A DNA stretch of 64,000 bases from an uncultured Candidatus Saccharibacteria bacterium (GCA_964613715.1 CAZTJK010000002.1:40355-104354), one strand, 5' to 3'. Positions 1 through 10,398 are shown, counted from the first letter of the stretch. Numbers and translations: made by a program. The notes: generated by a model not told the origin, from the letters alone.

Positions 1-500
1 CAAAGCCGCGAATCCGAGCTGTTATGGCGATTGTCTCCCATGACGAAGTATTCATTGTCACCAAGCGTGATCTTTTCCTGTATCTTCGCAAAGAGCGGCG
101 AGCCGTTTGGATCAATATGGGTATATGGTTCGGACAACGTGAAGCCGTTTGGATGCGCTGCATTATAAATAGTGACGGCATCTCCGTCTATTTGAACCGT
201 TTCTTTCGGCAAGCCGATGATGCGCTTGATATAGAACACAGTCTTGTCGGCCGCATAATGCTGCAGCTCGAGGCCTTTCGGTGGCACCTTGAAGATGATC
301 ACGTCGCCGCGGGCAGGCGCATGGAATCGGTATGATAATTCGTCGACGATGAGGTAATTGCCGTCATGGAATGTATTATCCATCGAATCGCCCGAGACCA
401 TAAATGGCTGAGCGATGAAGACCCGTACCGGGACCACAATAATGAGGGACAGAATGATGATCGAGAGCGATTCCCGTATGAAGTTTTTTGCGTTTTGCAT
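1..500 (-). CDS. lepB: Signal peptidase I (LepB), C-terminally truncated by window edge
   Basis: Reverse-strand translation from ATG (rc of 498-500) gives MQNAKNFIRESLSIIILSLIIVVPVRVFIAQPFMVSGDSMDNTFHDGNYLIVDE...GDNRHNSSDSRL: N-terminal TM anchor, catalytic Ser box (SGDSM) and the GDNRxxSxDSR box typical of type I signal peptidases; ORF runs off the window start so absent from ORF track. Confidence 0.85.
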   Translation of the reverse strand, partial: MQNAKNFIRESLSIIILSLIIVVPVRVFIAQPFMVSGDSMDNTFHDGNYLIVDELSYRFHAPARGDVIIFKVPPKGLELQHYAADKTVFYIKRIIGLPKETVQIDGDAVTIYNAAHPNGFTLSEPYTHIDPNGSPLFAKIQEKITLGDNEYFVMGDNRHNSSDSRL

Positions 501-637
501 CCGATTCTATGGCTTATAATGGCCGTTTTCAGCAATTCTCGGCATAGTATAGATGAAAAGCATCTTTGATGCAAGAAAGCAGCATATCCGTCTTCCGCGC
601 GCTTTTCATTTTTTTTCGTCTGCCGTACAATGCAACT

Positions 638-1237
638 ATGCATTACATTATCGTTGGTCTCGGCAACCCGGGACAGGAATATGATCATACGCGGCACAAT
701 ACCGGCCGCATGGCGGTGGATGCGCTCGCCAAACGGATCGGGGAGGATGAATGGACGGAGGATGGGAAACTGAAAGCAGAAACGCTGAAGGCGAAAATCG
801 CCAAGAATACCGCGCTCTTGGTAAAGCCGAACACGTTCATGAATAAGTCGGGCGATGCAGTCCGCAGTCTGGTAAAAAGCAAGAAAGCAGCCGAGACGCT
901 CGTCGTCGTCCATGACGACCTCGACATGCCGTTTGGCACGATCAAGATCTCTTTCAACAAGAGCGCAGGCGGTCATCGTGGCGTGATGTCCGTGATCAAG
1001 GCAGTAAAAACTGAAGGCTTTATCCGGATGCGCATCGGCATTTCAGGAGCAACAGCAAGCGGCAAGCTCAAAAAGCCGCAAGGAGAGAAGGCAGTGGAAG
1101 CCCTCATTCTCGGAAAATTCAAACCAGGCGAAGATGCGATGCTGAAGAAAGTGATGAAGCGCGCTGCAGAAGGCCTTGAACTGCTCGTCACTGACGGCCG
1201 GGATATCGCCACGGGAAAGGTAAATTCGGAAAACTGA
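638..1237 (+). CDS. pth: Peptidyl-tRNA hydrolase
   Basis: MHYIIVGLGNPGQEYDHTRHNTG... matches the Pth N-terminal signature (GLGNPG..Y..TRHN.G); likely start is the ATG at 638 inside ORF 566..1237; -10-like tacaat 7 nt upstream of ATG suggests leaderless transcript. Confidence 0.9.
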   Translation: MHYIIVGLGNPGQEYDHTRHNTGRMAVDALAKRIGEDEWTEDGKLKAETLKAKIAKNTALLVKPNTFMNKSGDAVRSLVKSKKAAETLVVVHDDLDMPFGTIKISFNKSAGGHRGVMSVIKAVKTEGFIRMRIGISGATASGKLKKPQGEKAVEALILGKFKPGEDAMLKKVMKRAAEGLELLVTDGRDIATGKVNSEN

Positions 1238-1238
1238 T

Positions 1239-1616
1239 ATGGCGATGGAAAAAATGAATCCAGAAGTGCTTGAGACGAAAAAGCAGGGCGAGCGGCTCAT
1301 GGATGACCTGACCAAAAAATATCAGAAGCTCAAAGAAATGCTCGCGGCTGAGATCAAGGAAAAGCTTGCCGACCGGGATGAAATCATGAAAATCAAGAAC
1401 GGCCTCGTAAAAGATGTCGACGAATTGAAAAAAGAATATCGCGAGCTTGCAGAGGGAAGTGATGAGCGGATGAAAGCCAAGGAAGCTGCCCGCCAGAAAA
1501 TAGACCATATCACCCAATTGATTGAACAGCTCGATCTCGAGCAGAACGAAGTGCTTGATAAGCTCATTGCCTTGCAAGGGGAGCTCAAGTCGGCGAATTT
1601 TGATTCAGTATCTTAA
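1239..1616 (+). CDS. Hypothetical coiled-coil protein (charged, K/E-rich)
   Basis: 125 aa ORF immediately after pth, heptad-like K/E/L-rich sequence, followed by a strong terminator; no recognisable family. Confidence 0.55.
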   Translation: MAMEKMNPEVLETKKQGERLMDDLTKKYQKLKEMLAAEIKEKLADRDEIMKIKNGLVKDVDELKKEYRELAEGSDERMKAKEAARQKIDHITQLIEQLDLEQNEVLDKLIALQGELKSANFDSVS

Positions 1617-1625
1617 AATAAAAAA

Positions 1626-1660
1626 CAAGGGGGCTGCTTCGCGGCCCCCTTGTTTTTTAT
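1626..1660. terminator. Bidirectional rho-independent terminator between convergent genes
   Basis: aagggggc-tgcttcgcg-gccccctt hairpin flanked by A-run upstream and T-run downstream; sits between ORF 1239..1616(+) and rpsA(-). Confidence 0.8.
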
Positions 1661-1668
1661 TTTCTTCC

Positions 1669-2778
1669 TTATTTCACGAAACTCAATCCCATTTTCTGGC
1701 TTTTCGGCTCGAACGTATTGATCTTGAATGTGTAGCTCTTGCCGAGGCTGATCTTTTCCTTCATCTTCGCTTCCGTGCCGAAGTCTGAGATGTGGACGAG
1801 GCCGGATACGCCTTCTTCAATCGAAGCAAGCGCGCCATATTTGTTGAACTTGATGATGACCGCAGACACCTCGTCGCCTTTCTTGTATTTCTTTTCCGCT
1901 TCAAGCCATGGGTTTGCCTTGAGCGCCTTAATGGAGAGGGATACCTTGCCTTCTTTGACATCGATCACTTTCACATGCACCTTGTCTCCGACTTTGTAGA
2001 GGGCGCGAGGATCCTCGACAAGCGCCCAGTCGATTTCCGAGATGTGCACAAGGCCTTCGAGCCCGTCCTCGAGCTTCACGAAGATGCCGAAATCTACTGC
2101 GCCCGTGATCGTGCCCTCGAGCGTATCGCCGATCTTGTATTTGTCTGCCATTTTCTGCTTCTCCTTCTTTTCCAGATTCTTTTCGGAGAAGATGAGCTTG
2201 CCTTCTTTCGGCGCTGCCGTGATGATGGCAACCGAGATCTTCTGACCGATGAGCTTTTTGAGCTCTTCGTAGATCTTGTCCTTATCGCCATCGTCTACTT
2301 TCGGATAGTGCTCACTCTTGAGCTGGGAAGCCGGCAAAAAGCCGACAATGCCTTGCCATGAGATGATGAGACCGCCCTTGTTTGCTTCCTCGACAGGAAG
2401 CTCAAAGACTGTCTTATCCTTGATCGCTTTTTCCGCTTCATCCCAGAGCTGCGCCTGGCGTGCCTCCTTGAGGGAGAGCTCGATATAGCCTTCCTTGTTT
2501 ATCGCATCCACCACCTTTGCGGAGACAGTGTCGCCGACATTGAGCTTCTTAATGACATCGCGCGCAGTGATGAACTCCTTGCCGAAAATGAGGCCGGTGC
2601 CGTATGGCGCCAGGTCGACATAGACGCGGGTTTTTTCCACGCTGATGACTGCGCCTTCAATGACCTCGCCCGGGAGGGGAGGGTTTTTCGTTTCGTTAAA
2701 ATATTTCGCCATTGCGCCGGTCTTTTCCACCTTTGCTTCGACGATTGCTGCTTTTTTCTCTTTTGTTGCCATACTCAA
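1669..2778 (-). CDS. rpsA: 30S ribosomal protein S1 (short form with fewer S1 domains)
   Basis: 369 aa; repeated S1-domain patterns (GxVxG..GLVHISE.., G.V...V..V....V.LS); N-terminus MSMATKEKKAAIVEAKVEKTGAMAKYFNE; short S1 proteins are typical of reduced genomes. Confidence 0.85.
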   Translation of the reverse strand: MSMATKEKKAAIVEAKVEKTGAMAKYFNETKNPPLPGEVIEGAVISVEKTRVYVDLAPYGTGLIFGKEFITARDVIKKLNVGDTVSAKVVDAINKEGYIELSLKEARQAQLWDEAEKAIKDKTVFELPVEEANKGGLIISWQGIVGFLPASQLKSEHYPKVDDGDKDKIYEELKKLIGQKISVAIITAAPKEGKLIFSEKNLEKKEKQKMADKYKIGDTLEGTITGAVDFGIFVKLEDGLEGLVHISEIDWALVEDPRALYKVGDKVHVKVIDVKEGKVSLSIKALKANPWLEAEKKYKKGDEVSAVIIKFNKYGALASIEEGVSGLVHISDFGTEAKMKEKISLGKSYTFKINTFEPKSQKMGLSFVK

Positions 2779-3000
2779 ATAAAAATTGCGCCCGAAGGCG
2801 CGCGTGCGTGTGCCAAAAAGTTTCAGGAGCCCTTTGCTTCGCAGCCCATGAGGTTAGCTTTTTGCGCAACCTTGTAATAGGCCGATACTACTATATAGGA
2901 AGGAAGCCGTCAATGCCTTAGGATATATATTGACAGCATGATAAATCAAGCGTACTCTATATTCTAGAAGTTATCTGACAGCCTATGGAAAGGGGGAAGT

Positions 3001-3315
3001 ATGACCGTCCGAAAAGTCTTGCTGTTTGTTGCCCTGCAACTCGTTGCAGTAGTACTGCTCAGTATTTTCATGTATCGCGAGATCATGCTCTTCTGCCTGC
3101 CGCATCTGGACACCCACATGAAGTCGGTTTTCGCTTTTGGCTTTGCCATCATTCTTGCTATTTTTGATGCGATCATCGCTTCATGCCTTGTGTGGCCGAA
3201 TGAGGGGAATATTCCTCCCTGGGAAACCATGCTGCAGGTATTTCTTGGATCAGTCCTGCCGCTTGTCGAGTCATTTCTTGTTATGCAATGGCTGATAAAC
3301 CGTTTCCCGCAATGA
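3001..3315 (+). CDS. Hypothetical small membrane protein (3 predicted TM segments)
   Basis: 104 aa, hydrophobic segments; good RBS aaagggggaag 5 nt upstream of ATG. Confidence 0.5.
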   Translation: MTVRKVLLFVALQLVAVVLLSIFMYREIMLFCLPHLDTHMKSVFAFGFAIILAIFDAIIASCLVWPNEGNIPPWETMLQVFLGSVLPLVESFLVMQWLINRFPQ

Positions 3316-3379
3316 AGCCCGAGTATTTCGCTCGGGCTTTTTCATTGATTCAGAAGCCTTATTTTGCTATACTAATGCA

Positions 3380-4003
3380 ATGGTTATCACATATTTTGGC
3401 GCCGAATTCTTCAAGATACAGTTCGGCGATACGACGCTCGCATTCAATCCAATCTCCAAGGATTCAAAGCTGAAGCCGACGCGCTTTTTTGCGGATGTGG
3501 CGCTTGTCTCCGTGAATCATGCTGATATGAACGGCGTGGAGAATATGGCCTACAATGGCAAGGAGCCAGTGGTCATTTCCGGTCCGGGCGAATACGAGAT
3601 CAAAGGTGTTTTCATTAAGGGCTTCGGATCAAAATCAGAGTACGGCGGGAAGGACAAGATCAATACCATCTATTCGGTCTCGCTTGAGAACATGAATCTT
3701 TGTTTTCTCGGCGCGCTTTCGGATATCAATCTCTCGAGTCAGGTGAAGGAGGAGCTCGGCGATGTGGACATTCTTTTCTTGCCGGTCGGGGGCGATGGTG
3801 TGCTTGATGCGGCGAAGGCAGAAAAGCTTTCTGTGGAAATCGAGCCGAAAATCATCATTCCGATGCACTATGACGCAGCTGGCCTGAAAAAATATCTGAA
3901 AGAAGCGGGCGAGGAAGGCGTCAAGCCGATCGACAAGCTGACGATCAAACGCAAAGATTTGGAAGGCAAGCAAGGGGAGAGCATCGTGCTTGCAGAAGCC
4001 TAA
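3380..4003 (+). CDS. Metal-dependent hydrolase, beta-lactamase fold (UPF0173-like)
   Basis: 207 aa; N-terminus MVITYFGAEFFKIQFGDTTLAFNPIS resembles the UPF0173 / MBL-fold hydrolase start (ITxxGHSxFxI....I.IDP) with partly degenerate His motifs (VNHADMNG, IIIPMHYD). Confidence 0.6.
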   Translation: MVITYFGAEFFKIQFGDTTLAFNPISKDSKLKPTRFFADVALVSVNHADMNGVENMAYNGKEPVVISGPGEYEIKGVFIKGFGSKSEYGGKDKINTIYSVSLENMNLCFLGALSDINLSSQVKEELGDVDILFLPVGGDGVLDAAKAEKLSVEIEPKIIIPMHYDAAGLKKYLKEAGEEGVKPIDKLTIKRKDLEGKQGESIVLAEA

Positions 4004-4014
4004 CCTTATTCTCC

Positions 4015-4359
4015 ATGAGCTTTTTGGGAGGAATGCGACAATGGCCGGATGGGAAGAAAAGGAATTTTTCCCTGTTTATCGCATTCTGCGTCACGAGCTT
4101 GCTTGTCAGTGGCTGGGGAATCTTTGATCGGATACATAATCGTAGTTCAGCACCGGCGTCTGATGACTCATTTGCATACTTGAAAGAAACCGCAAAGACA
4201 TTCGTAAATGGCTTCAATGCGGCTAAGGAGCAATACTTCGGAGCGACCACGACTGCGCTTCTCACGAGTCTCTTGCATGGGGTGGGGACGAGCACGGTTG
4301 CAACAACAAGCACGAGCACAACGCTTGTTTCGACCACATCCGCGTCGAAAAAACGATAG
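4015..4359 (+). CDS. Hypothetical secreted/membrane-anchored protein with Thr/Ser-rich C-terminus
   Basis: 114 aa, one N-terminal hydrophobic segment then low-complexity TSTVATTSTSTTLVSTTSAS tail; weak RBS. Confidence 0.35.
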   Translation: MSFLGGMRQWPDGKKRNFSLFIAFCVTSLLVSGWGIFDRIHNRSSAPASDDSFAYLKETAKTFVNGFNAAKEQYFGATTTALLTSLLHGVGTSTVATTSTSTTLVSTTSASKKR

Positions 4360-4407
4360 TGCAATTTTTATAAAATACGCTAGTATACGGAGGTATTTCA
4401 GACTCAT

Positions 4408-6858
4408 ATGGAAAAGGGAAAAGAGGCAAAAACAGACATAAAAGCGCTTTCAAATCGCAGCATCACTGCGGAAATGAAGGAATCGTATCTCGACTATGCA
4501 ATGTCCGTCATCACGGCGCGCGCATTGCCTGATGTCCGCGACGGCCTGAAGCCGGTGCATCGCAGAATCCTTTTCGCGATGCATCAGATGGGCTTTACAG
4601 CAGGCGGCAAGACCAGAAAGTCTGCCACGGTCGTCGGCGAAGTGCTCGGTAATTATCATCCGCACGGCGATGTCGCGGTGTATGACTCCATGGTAAAAAT
4701 GGCGCAGGATTTCAACTATCGCTATCCGCTCATCATGGGGCAGGGTAATTTCGGCAATATCGACGGCGACAGCGCGGCAGCCATGCGCTATACCGAGGCG
4801 AAGATGTCGAGGATTTCGGGCGAAATGCTGAAAGACCTCGAGAAAGATACTGTCGAATGGCGCCCGAACTATGACAATACGAAAAAAGAGCCGGAAGTGT
4901 TGCCGAGCGCGGTGCCGAACCTTCTTTTGAATGGCACGCTCGGCATCGCTGTCGGCATGGCCACTGATATCCCGCCGCATAATCTCAATGAGATCATCGA
5001 TGCGACGCTGCATCTTGTCGACAATAAGGACGCGACGACCGAAGACTTGCTCCAGTTCGTGAAAGGCCCGGATTTCCCAACGGGCGGCACTATCTATAAT
5101 CAGACTGATATCAATCATGCCTATGCCACTGGCCGGGGCGGTATCGTCACGAGAGGGCACGCGGAAATCGTCGAGGACAAGAAGGAGAATTACGCGATCA
5201 TCATCACTTCGATCCCGTATCGCGTGAACAAGTCGACGCTTATCATGTCGATCGCCGATCTCGTGCGCGACAAGAAAATCGAAGGCATCAAGGGCCTGCG
5301 GGATGAATCCACGAAGGATATCCGCATCGTCATCGATCTCAAGAATAATGCCAATCCCCAGAGCGTCCTGAACTATCTCTACAAGCATACGCAGCTCGAG
5401 GAGACATTCCATATGAATCTCGTCGCGCTTGTCAAAGGCGTGCCGAAGACGCTGTCGCTCAAGAGCTGCCTCGATGAATTTATCGAGCACAGAAAGATTG
5501 TCGTGAAGCGCCGCACGGAGTTTGACCTCAAGAAAGCCGAAGCGCGCGAGCATATCCTGCTTGGCCTCAAGAAAGCGCTCGACCATATCGACGAGATCAT
5601 CAAGCTCATCAAGAAATCGAAAGATGTCGATGATGCGCGTCAGGGATTGATGAAAACATTCAAGTTCTCTGAAATCCAGGCTAATGCCATTTTGGAAATG
5701 CGCTTGCAGAAGCTTGCCGGCCTTGAGCGCAAGAAGGTGGAAGACGAGCTTGCAGAAGTACAGGCCATCATTGCCGATCTCAAGGATATTCTCGCCAAGC
5801 CAAAGAGAATTCTCACTATCATCAAGACTGAGCTTGCCGACATCAAGGCAAAATACGGCGATGATCGCCGCACGAAAGTGGTGAAAGGCGGCGTAAAGAT
5901 GCTCTCCGAGGAAGATCTCATCGCTGATGAGCCGAATATGCTCGTGCTGACCGCAGGCGGCTATGTGAAGCGCACGAATCCGGACGAATACAGGAAGCAG
6001 AAGCGCGGCGGCGTCGGCGTCGTCGATCTCGATACCAAGGACGAGGATTTCATCACGCATTTCCTCAATGCCTCGGCACATAGCGATATCCTCTTCTTCA
6101 CGAATAAGGGCAAGGCATACCAGATAAAGATGTATGAACTGCCGGAAGGGAAGCGTGCGACCAAAGGCAAAGCAATCGTCAATTATTTGGCGCTCACGGC
6201 GGATGAGAAGATCACCTCGGTACTCGCCATGCCAAAATCGCTCAAGAACCAGAAGCTCTCGCTCATCTTCGTGACGAAAGGCGGCACGGCAAAGCGCGTG
6301 GACGCTGAATCATTCAAGGATGTTCGTCGCTCCGGTCTCATTGCTATTTCGCTTGATGCCGGCGATGAATTGCGCAGCGCACTCTTTATGACCGAAGGCG
6401 ATGAAGTGATACTCGCGACTGCAGAAGGCCAGGCTATCAGATTCAAAGACAAGGACGTGCGCGTCATGGGCCGCTCGGCCGGCGGCGTGCGCGGTATGAA
6501 GCTTGATAGGGGCGACAGTATCATCGCGGCGGACGTCATTTCGAAATCCATGAAGAATCCAGAGCTTCTCGTCGTCTCCGCAAAAGGCTATGGCAAGAAG
6601 ACGCCGCTTGATGAATACAAAGTGCAGGGTAGGGGCGGCTCGGGCATCATCACTATGAAAGTCACCGACAAGACCGGCAAGATCATGGCAGCCAAGGTCA
6701 TCACCGAAGAGCAGGAAGAGATTGCGACCATCTCGAAGAAAAGCCAGGTCATCCGCACGGGTCTCAAAGAAATCCCGAGCTTGGGCCGTCAGACGCAGGG
6801 CGTGCGCATCATGAAGCTCTACGAAGGCGACTCGCTTGCTTCGATGACGATTATTTAG
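4408..6858 (+). CDS. gyrA: DNA gyrase subunit A
   Basis: 816 aa; canonical GyrA N-terminus ([34 protein letters not shown], active-site region [10 protein letters not shown]) and C-terminal beta-pinwheel repeats. Confidence 0.95.
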   Translation: MEKGKEAKTDIKALSNRSITAEMKESYLDYAMSVITARALPDVRDGLKPVHRRILFAMHQMGFTAGGKTRKSATVVGEVLGNYHPHGDVAVYDSMVKMAQDFNYRYPLIMGQGNFGNIDGDSAAAMRYTEAKMSRISGEMLKDLEKDTVEWRPNYDNTKKEPEVLPSAVPNLLLNGTLGIAVGMATDIPPHNLNEIIDATLHLVDNKDATTEDLLQFVKGPDFPTGGTIYNQTDINHAYATGRGGIVTRGHAEIVEDKKENYAIIITSIPYRVNKSTLIMSIADLVRDKKIEGIKGLRDESTKDIRIVIDLKNNANPQSVLNYLYKHTQLEETFHMNLVALVKGVPKTLSLKSCLDEFIEHRKIVVKRRTEFDLKKAEAREHILLGLKKALDHIDEIIKLIKKSKDVDDARQGLMKTFKFSEIQANAILEMRLQKLAGLERKKVEDELAEVQAIIADLKDILAKPKRILTIIKTELADIKAKYGDDRRTKVVKGGVKMLSEEDLIADEPNMLVLTAGGYVKRTNPDEYRKQKRGGVGVVDLDTKDEDFITHFLNASAHSDILFFTNKGKAYQIKMYELPEGKRATKGKAIVNYLALTADEKITSVLAMPKSLKNQKLSLIFVTKGGTAKRVDAESFKDVRRSGLIAISLDAGDELRSALFMTEGDEVILATAEGQAIRFKDKDVRVMGRSAGGVRGMKLDRGDSIIAADVISKSMKNPELLVVSAKGYGKKTPLDEYKVQGRGGSGIITMKVTDKTGKIMAAKVITEEQEEIATISKKSQVIRTGLKEIPSLGRQTQGVRIMKLYEGDSLASMTII

Positions 6859-6934
6859 GTTGACTTTTGTTATAAAAACAGATATTTTATTTTGACGCTC
6901 TTTGTCTTTTGTAAAATTTCTTAGGAGGATAGCA

Positions 6935-7189
6935 ATGTCCGACACCCTTGAAGTTTCCAAGCAGCTGACTGACAAGATCGAGGCCGTGATCGTCATTATC
7001 AAAGACGAAAAACGGTCGTCGTACAGGCTCCGGGTCGGTGTTGTTGGCAAACGGAAGTGGAAATGTGGAGGCAACCTGAAAAGTTACTCCGACTTCCTTG
7101 ATGGACTGAAACTCGCAGAGAAAAACTGCGGGCTCAAGCGAGGAACTTTGTTAGCACTCATTCCTCCTGCTTTTCGAGAGAAAGCGTAA
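6935..7189 (+). CDS. Hypothetical small basic protein
   Basis: 84 aa from ATG at 6935 (ORF track start 6902 is upstream of the RBS); strong RBS aggagg 6923-6928; followed by a clean terminator; no family recognised. Confidence 0.55.
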   Translation: MSDTLEVSKQLTDKIEAVIVIIKDEKRSSYRLRVGVVGKRKWKCGGNLKSYSDFLDGLKLAEKNCGLKRGTLLALIPPAFREKA

Positions 7190-7213
7190 AAAGAAACGAT
7201 ATGATTTCTAACT

Positions 7214-7250
7214 AAGCCCCGCGGCATAGCACGCGGGGCTTTTTTATTTC
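7214..7250 (+). terminator. Rho-independent terminator
   Basis: aagccccgcg-gcatagca-cgcggggctt hairpin followed by TTTTTTATTT. Confidence 0.85.
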
Positions 7251-7276
7251 CTGCTTTCCTAGTATACTTTTCCTAT

Positions 7277-7813
7277 ATGTTCTCCGACCCGCAGCGCACT
7301 ATCGATCAATTCAATATCGGCAAAGGCACAGTTGTCGCCGATTTCGGCGCGGGATCGGGCTTTTATGCGCTCGCAGCGGCAGAGGCTGTGGGCGAGACTG
7401 GTAAGGTGTATGCCGTCGATGTGCAGAAGGACCTCTTGCAGAAGCTCAAGAGCGAGGCGAAGAATGTCCGCCATCTCAATAATGTCGAGATCATCTGGGC
7501 CGACCTCGATCATCTCGGCGGCACGCGGCTGCGCGAAGCATCCATGGATGCCGTCATTGCCGCGAATCTTTTCTTCCAGCTGCCGAACAAGGACAATACC
7601 TGCATGGAAATCCGCCGCATATTGAAGAAAAACGGCCGCGTACTCATCGTCGACTGGTCCGCATCGTTCGGCGGCATGGGCCCGCAGGCAAAAGAGGTAT
7701 TTTCTGAAGATGCTGCCAAGAAGCTCTTTGCCAAGCATGGCTTCACGCTCGACAAGGAGATCATCATGTCGGGCGCCCAGCATTACGGCCTCGTATTCAG
7801 GAAAACGGTCTGA
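7277..7813 (+). CDS. Class I SAM-dependent methyltransferase
   Basis: 178 aa; motif I VVADFGAGSGFYAL, motif post-I VYAVDV, consistent with Rossmann-fold methyltransferases; -10-like tatact just upstream of ATG. Confidence 0.75.
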   Translation: MFSDPQRTIDQFNIGKGTVVADFGAGSGFYALAAAEAVGETGKVYAVDVQKDLLQKLKSEAKNVRHLNNVEIIWADLDHLGGTRLREASMDAVIAANLFFQLPNKDNTCMEIRRILKKNGRVLIVDWSASFGGMGPQAKEVFSEDAAKKLFAKHGFTLDKEIIMSGAQHYGLVFRKTV

Positions 7814-7839
7814 TATAATATTCCGAAAGGGGATTTTCG

Positions 7840-9141
7840 ATGGAACCGAACAAGAACAAATTCAAATTGGTGCTGACGGGCATATTCGGCTTCTTCATCA
7901 TTCTCGGCCTCGTGGCATTTTCCACCTATCGCTCAAATTCGATCGCGAACAACGAGACGCCGATTGCGGTCTGGGGCACGCTCGACAAGGATACATTCGA
8001 TAATTTCGTCGCCAAATACAAGCAGGACAAGACCATTGATTTTAAGCTGACCTATATTCAAAAAGATATTTCCGTGATCGATGGCGATCTCGTGGAAGCC
8101 ATCGCGACCGGCAAAGCACCGGATGCGATACTCATTCCGCAGGAGCTCATGAAGCGCTATCTCGACAAAGTGTCACTCATCACGTCCATCCCGGAGCGCA
8201 CGTTCAAGGATACCTATGTGCAGGAAGCGGAAATGTATATACAGCCGGACGGCATGTTCGCCCTGCCGTTTTTCGTCGATCCGCTTGTGATGTATTGGAA
8301 CCGCGATATTTTCACGACAGCGGGCATCGCCACGCCACCAAAGCTCTGGTCGGAGTTTCCGCTCCTTGCCGGCAAGCTTTTCCAGTCTGATGATTCCGGC
8401 ACTGTCACGCAAACGCTCGCATCGCTTGGCGAATACTCGAATGTGACGAATGCCAAGGCACTCATTTCCGCACTCATTCTCCAGGCGGGCAGTCCGATTG
8501 TGAATACCGATGATGCCGGCGCGCTGAAATCTGCTCTCTATGACCGCGTGGAGGGAGTGCCAGTGATGCCTGCAGTATCGGCACTGTCATTCTTTACCGA
8601 TTATGCGAATCCGAAAAAGTCCGTCTATTCCTGGAATCGGGCGCTTCCGGCTTCGCAGAAATTCTTCCTATCCGGGAATCTTGCCACCTACTTTGGCTTT
8701 GCAAGCGAAGCAGCAAGCTTGCATGCGAAGAATCCGAACCTGAATTTCGATATCGCCGAAATGCCGCAGACAGTCGGCGCAAAAGTGCGAACGACTTTCG
8801 GCGAGCTCTATGGTTTTGCATTTTTGAAGAGCTCGCCGAACCTGGTGCCGGCATTCAACCTCCTTTCCACCCTTGCAAGCCCAGACGGGGTGAACGAGCT
8901 CATGCAATTTGCCGATGTCGCGCCGGCCCGCCGCGATATGCTTGCCGCAGGCACGACAGATCCTGAAAAGGCGGTCTTTTTCAGCTCAGCCCTTATTGCC
9001 AAAGGTTGGCTCGATGTGAGCGCGAAAGACACATCGCAGATTTTCCAGGAAATGGTCGAGAATATCACGACCGGCCGTATGACGGCGGATGATGCCGTGC
9101 AGAAGGCAAGCACGGAGCTTGATATTTTGCTACAATCATAG
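7840..9141 (+). CDS. Membrane-anchored extracellular solute-binding-protein-like protein (SBP family 1 fold)
   Basis: 433 aa; N-terminal TM anchor, then IAVWGT..., GKAPDAILIPQE, FALPFFVDPLVMYWNRDIF..AGIATPPKLWSEF resembling family-1 sugar SBPs; stop codon 2 nt before the first pilin-like gene suggests co-transcription with the pilin-like array. Confidence 0.55.
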   Translation: MEPNKNKFKLVLTGIFGFFIILGLVAFSTYRSNSIANNETPIAVWGTLDKDTFDNFVAKYKQDKTIDFKLTYIQKDISVIDGDLVEAIATGKAPDAILIPQELMKRYLDKVSLITSIPERTFKDTYVQEAEMYIQPDGMFALPFFVDPLVMYWNRDIFTTAGIATPPKLWSEFPLLAGKLFQSDDSGTVTQTLASLGEYSNVTNAKALISALILQAGSPIVNTDDAGALKSALYDRVEGVPVMPAVSALSFFTDYANPKKSVYSWNRALPASQKFFLSGNLATYFGFASEAASLHAKNPNLNFDIAEMPQTVGAKVRTTFGELYGFAFLKSSPNLVPAFNLLSTLASPDGVNELMQFADVAPARRDMLAAGTTDPEKAVFFSSALIAKGWLDVSAKDTSQIFQEMVENITTGRMTADDAVQKASTELDILLQS

Positions 9142-9143
9142 CT

Positions 9144-9521
9144 ATGACAAACCGTCGTATTATCGCTTCGCTTTCCGCAGCTGCCATCCTTGCGCCGCTC
9201 GCTGTTTTGGCAGCGGATCTCATCCCATGCGATGGGGTGAATACGCCATGCAATTTCGGCTCGCTTGCCACGCTCGTGAACAATATCATAAACTGGTTCC
9301 TCGGCATTTCAGTATCCGTTGCGGCAATTACCTGTGCGGTTGCCGGCGCAAAGATTCTTTTTAATCCTGGCAATCAGAGCGAGATCGAGGCGGGGAAGAC
9401 CATGCTCTGGAAGACCATCCAAGGCATGTTCATCATCCTGCTTGCATGGCTCGTGGTGCATACCGTCATTGCGGCGCTTGTAAATCCGTCGACCGGTGCG
9501 CTCCGATTCCTCGGCAATTAA
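9144..9521 (+). CDS. Pilin-like small membrane protein, paralog 1 (TrbC/VirB2-like architecture: signal peptide, TM1, charged loop, TM2)
   Basis: 125 aa; signal peptide with AxA site (AVLA|AD), two long hydrophobic helices separated by NPGNQSEIEAGK; same architecture as the four following ORFs. Confidence 0.6.
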   Translation: MTNRRIIASLSAAAILAPLAVLAADLIPCDGVNTPCNFGSLATLVNNIINWFLGISVSVAAITCAVAGAKILFNPGNQSEIEAGKTMLWKTIQGMFIILLAWLVVHTVIAALVNPSTGALRFLGN

Positions 9522-9538
9522 TCATTTATCATAATCCT

Positions 9539-9889
9539 ATGAAATTCATCACCCGTTTCTATACAGCAGTGCTTTCAGTACTTTCATTTTCAGTGCCAGC
9601 TCTTTCATTTGCCCAATCAAGCGTGATTCAGAATCCACTCAAGGGCGTTTCAAGCATCCCTGCATTCATTGCGACTGTGCTCGGCTATGTCGTGAAGATC
9701 GGCGGCATCATTGCCATCTTCGCGTTCATCTATGCCGGCTTCAAGTTCGTGGCTGCTCGCGGCAATCCGAAAGAGCTCGAAGATGCCAAGAGGATTTTTA
9801 TCAATACCTGCATTGGCGTTGCTGTGCTTCTCGGTGCCCAAGTGATCGCGACTATCATTGTCGGCACGATCAAGAATATCCAGCAATAA
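9539..9889 (+). CDS. Pilin-like small membrane protein, paralog 2
   Basis: 116 aa from ATG at 9539 (ORF 9446..9889 has an implausible N-extension overlapping paralog 1); signal peptide ALSFA|QSS; TM1, loop ARGNPKELEDAKR, TM2. Confidence 0.65.
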   Translation: MKFITRFYTAVLSVLSFSVPALSFAQSSVIQNPLKGVSSIPAFIATVLGYVVKIGGIIAIFAFIYAGFKFVAARGNPKELEDAKRIFINTCIGVAVLLGAQVIATIIVGTIKNIQQ

Positions 9890-9892
9890 TCC

Positions 9893-10300
9893 ATGAAGAG
9901 ATTTTTTGCCATCATTGCATCATTCCTCGTCTCATTTTCGGCGATTGGCATCGCTTATGCTGCGACAAATAGTGTTGCGGCGGCTGCTTTGGCCGGCTGC
10001 GTTCCGGGAAGGATCGGCAATTTCCATGACCTCGTATTCAATCTCTTCATCGGCTGTATCCTGTCGCCAGCCGTGTATCTGATCATCGGCATCGCAGTCG
10101 TTGTATTCCTCTACGGCATCGTCAAATTCATCATGTCTGACGGCGAAGGCCGCGAGGAAGGGAAGCAATTCATGTTTTACGGCATCGTGGGGCTTTTCAT
10201 TATCGTGTCCTTGTGGGCGTTCGTGCGTATTCTCCAGAGCACGTTCAACTTGAACTCGACCGATCTCAATATCCGGCCGACGACCGCTATCGGCCAATAG
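9893..10300 (+). CDS. Pilin-like small membrane protein, paralog 3
   Basis: 135 aa; signal peptide GIAYA|AT; TM1, loop SDGEGREEGKQ, TM2 YGIVGLFIIVSLWAFVRILQ closely matching paralogs 4 and 5. Confidence 0.7.
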   Translation: MKRFFAIIASFLVSFSAIGIAYAATNSVAAAALAGCVPGRIGNFHDLVFNLFIGCILSPAVYLIIGIAVVVFLYGIVKFIMSDGEGREEGKQFMFYGIVGLFIIVSLWAFVRILQSTFNLNSTDLNIRPTTAIGQ

Positions 10301-10336
10301 GTGTCGATAACCCCCTTGTGCGGCTGCCAAGGGCGC

Positions 10337-10344
10337 TGTATAAT
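10337..10344 (+). promoter_or_regulatory. Extended -10 promoter element (TGTATAAT) upstream of pilin-like paralog 4
   Basis: tgtataat in the 98-nt AT-rich gap between paralogs 3 and 4. Confidence 0.35.
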
Positions 10345-10398
10345 AATAGTCATAGAAAACGGTACGTTTATTAGATTATTTTAGACAAATATTTATTT

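Noticed and set aside
24-976. ORFs 24..335(+) and 299..976(-) from the six-frame track
   Set aside because: Both lie in other frames or on the opposite strand of lepB (1-500, minus) and pth, which both have convincing motifs. The translated sequences have no motif content.
4450-7074. Long antisense ORFs inside gyrA (4450..6081 -, 6310..7074 -)
   Set aside because: They are wholly antisense to gyrA, a gene with unambiguous homology. Long antisense ORFs are expected in GC-balanced coding sequence. The proteins have no recognisable domains.
7840-9141. Interpreting the 433-aa SBP-like protein as part of a classical ABC importer
   Set aside because: No permease or ATPase genes flank it; it is followed instead by the pilin-like array. 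It is kept as an SBP-fold envelope protein of unknown role, not as an annotated transporter component.
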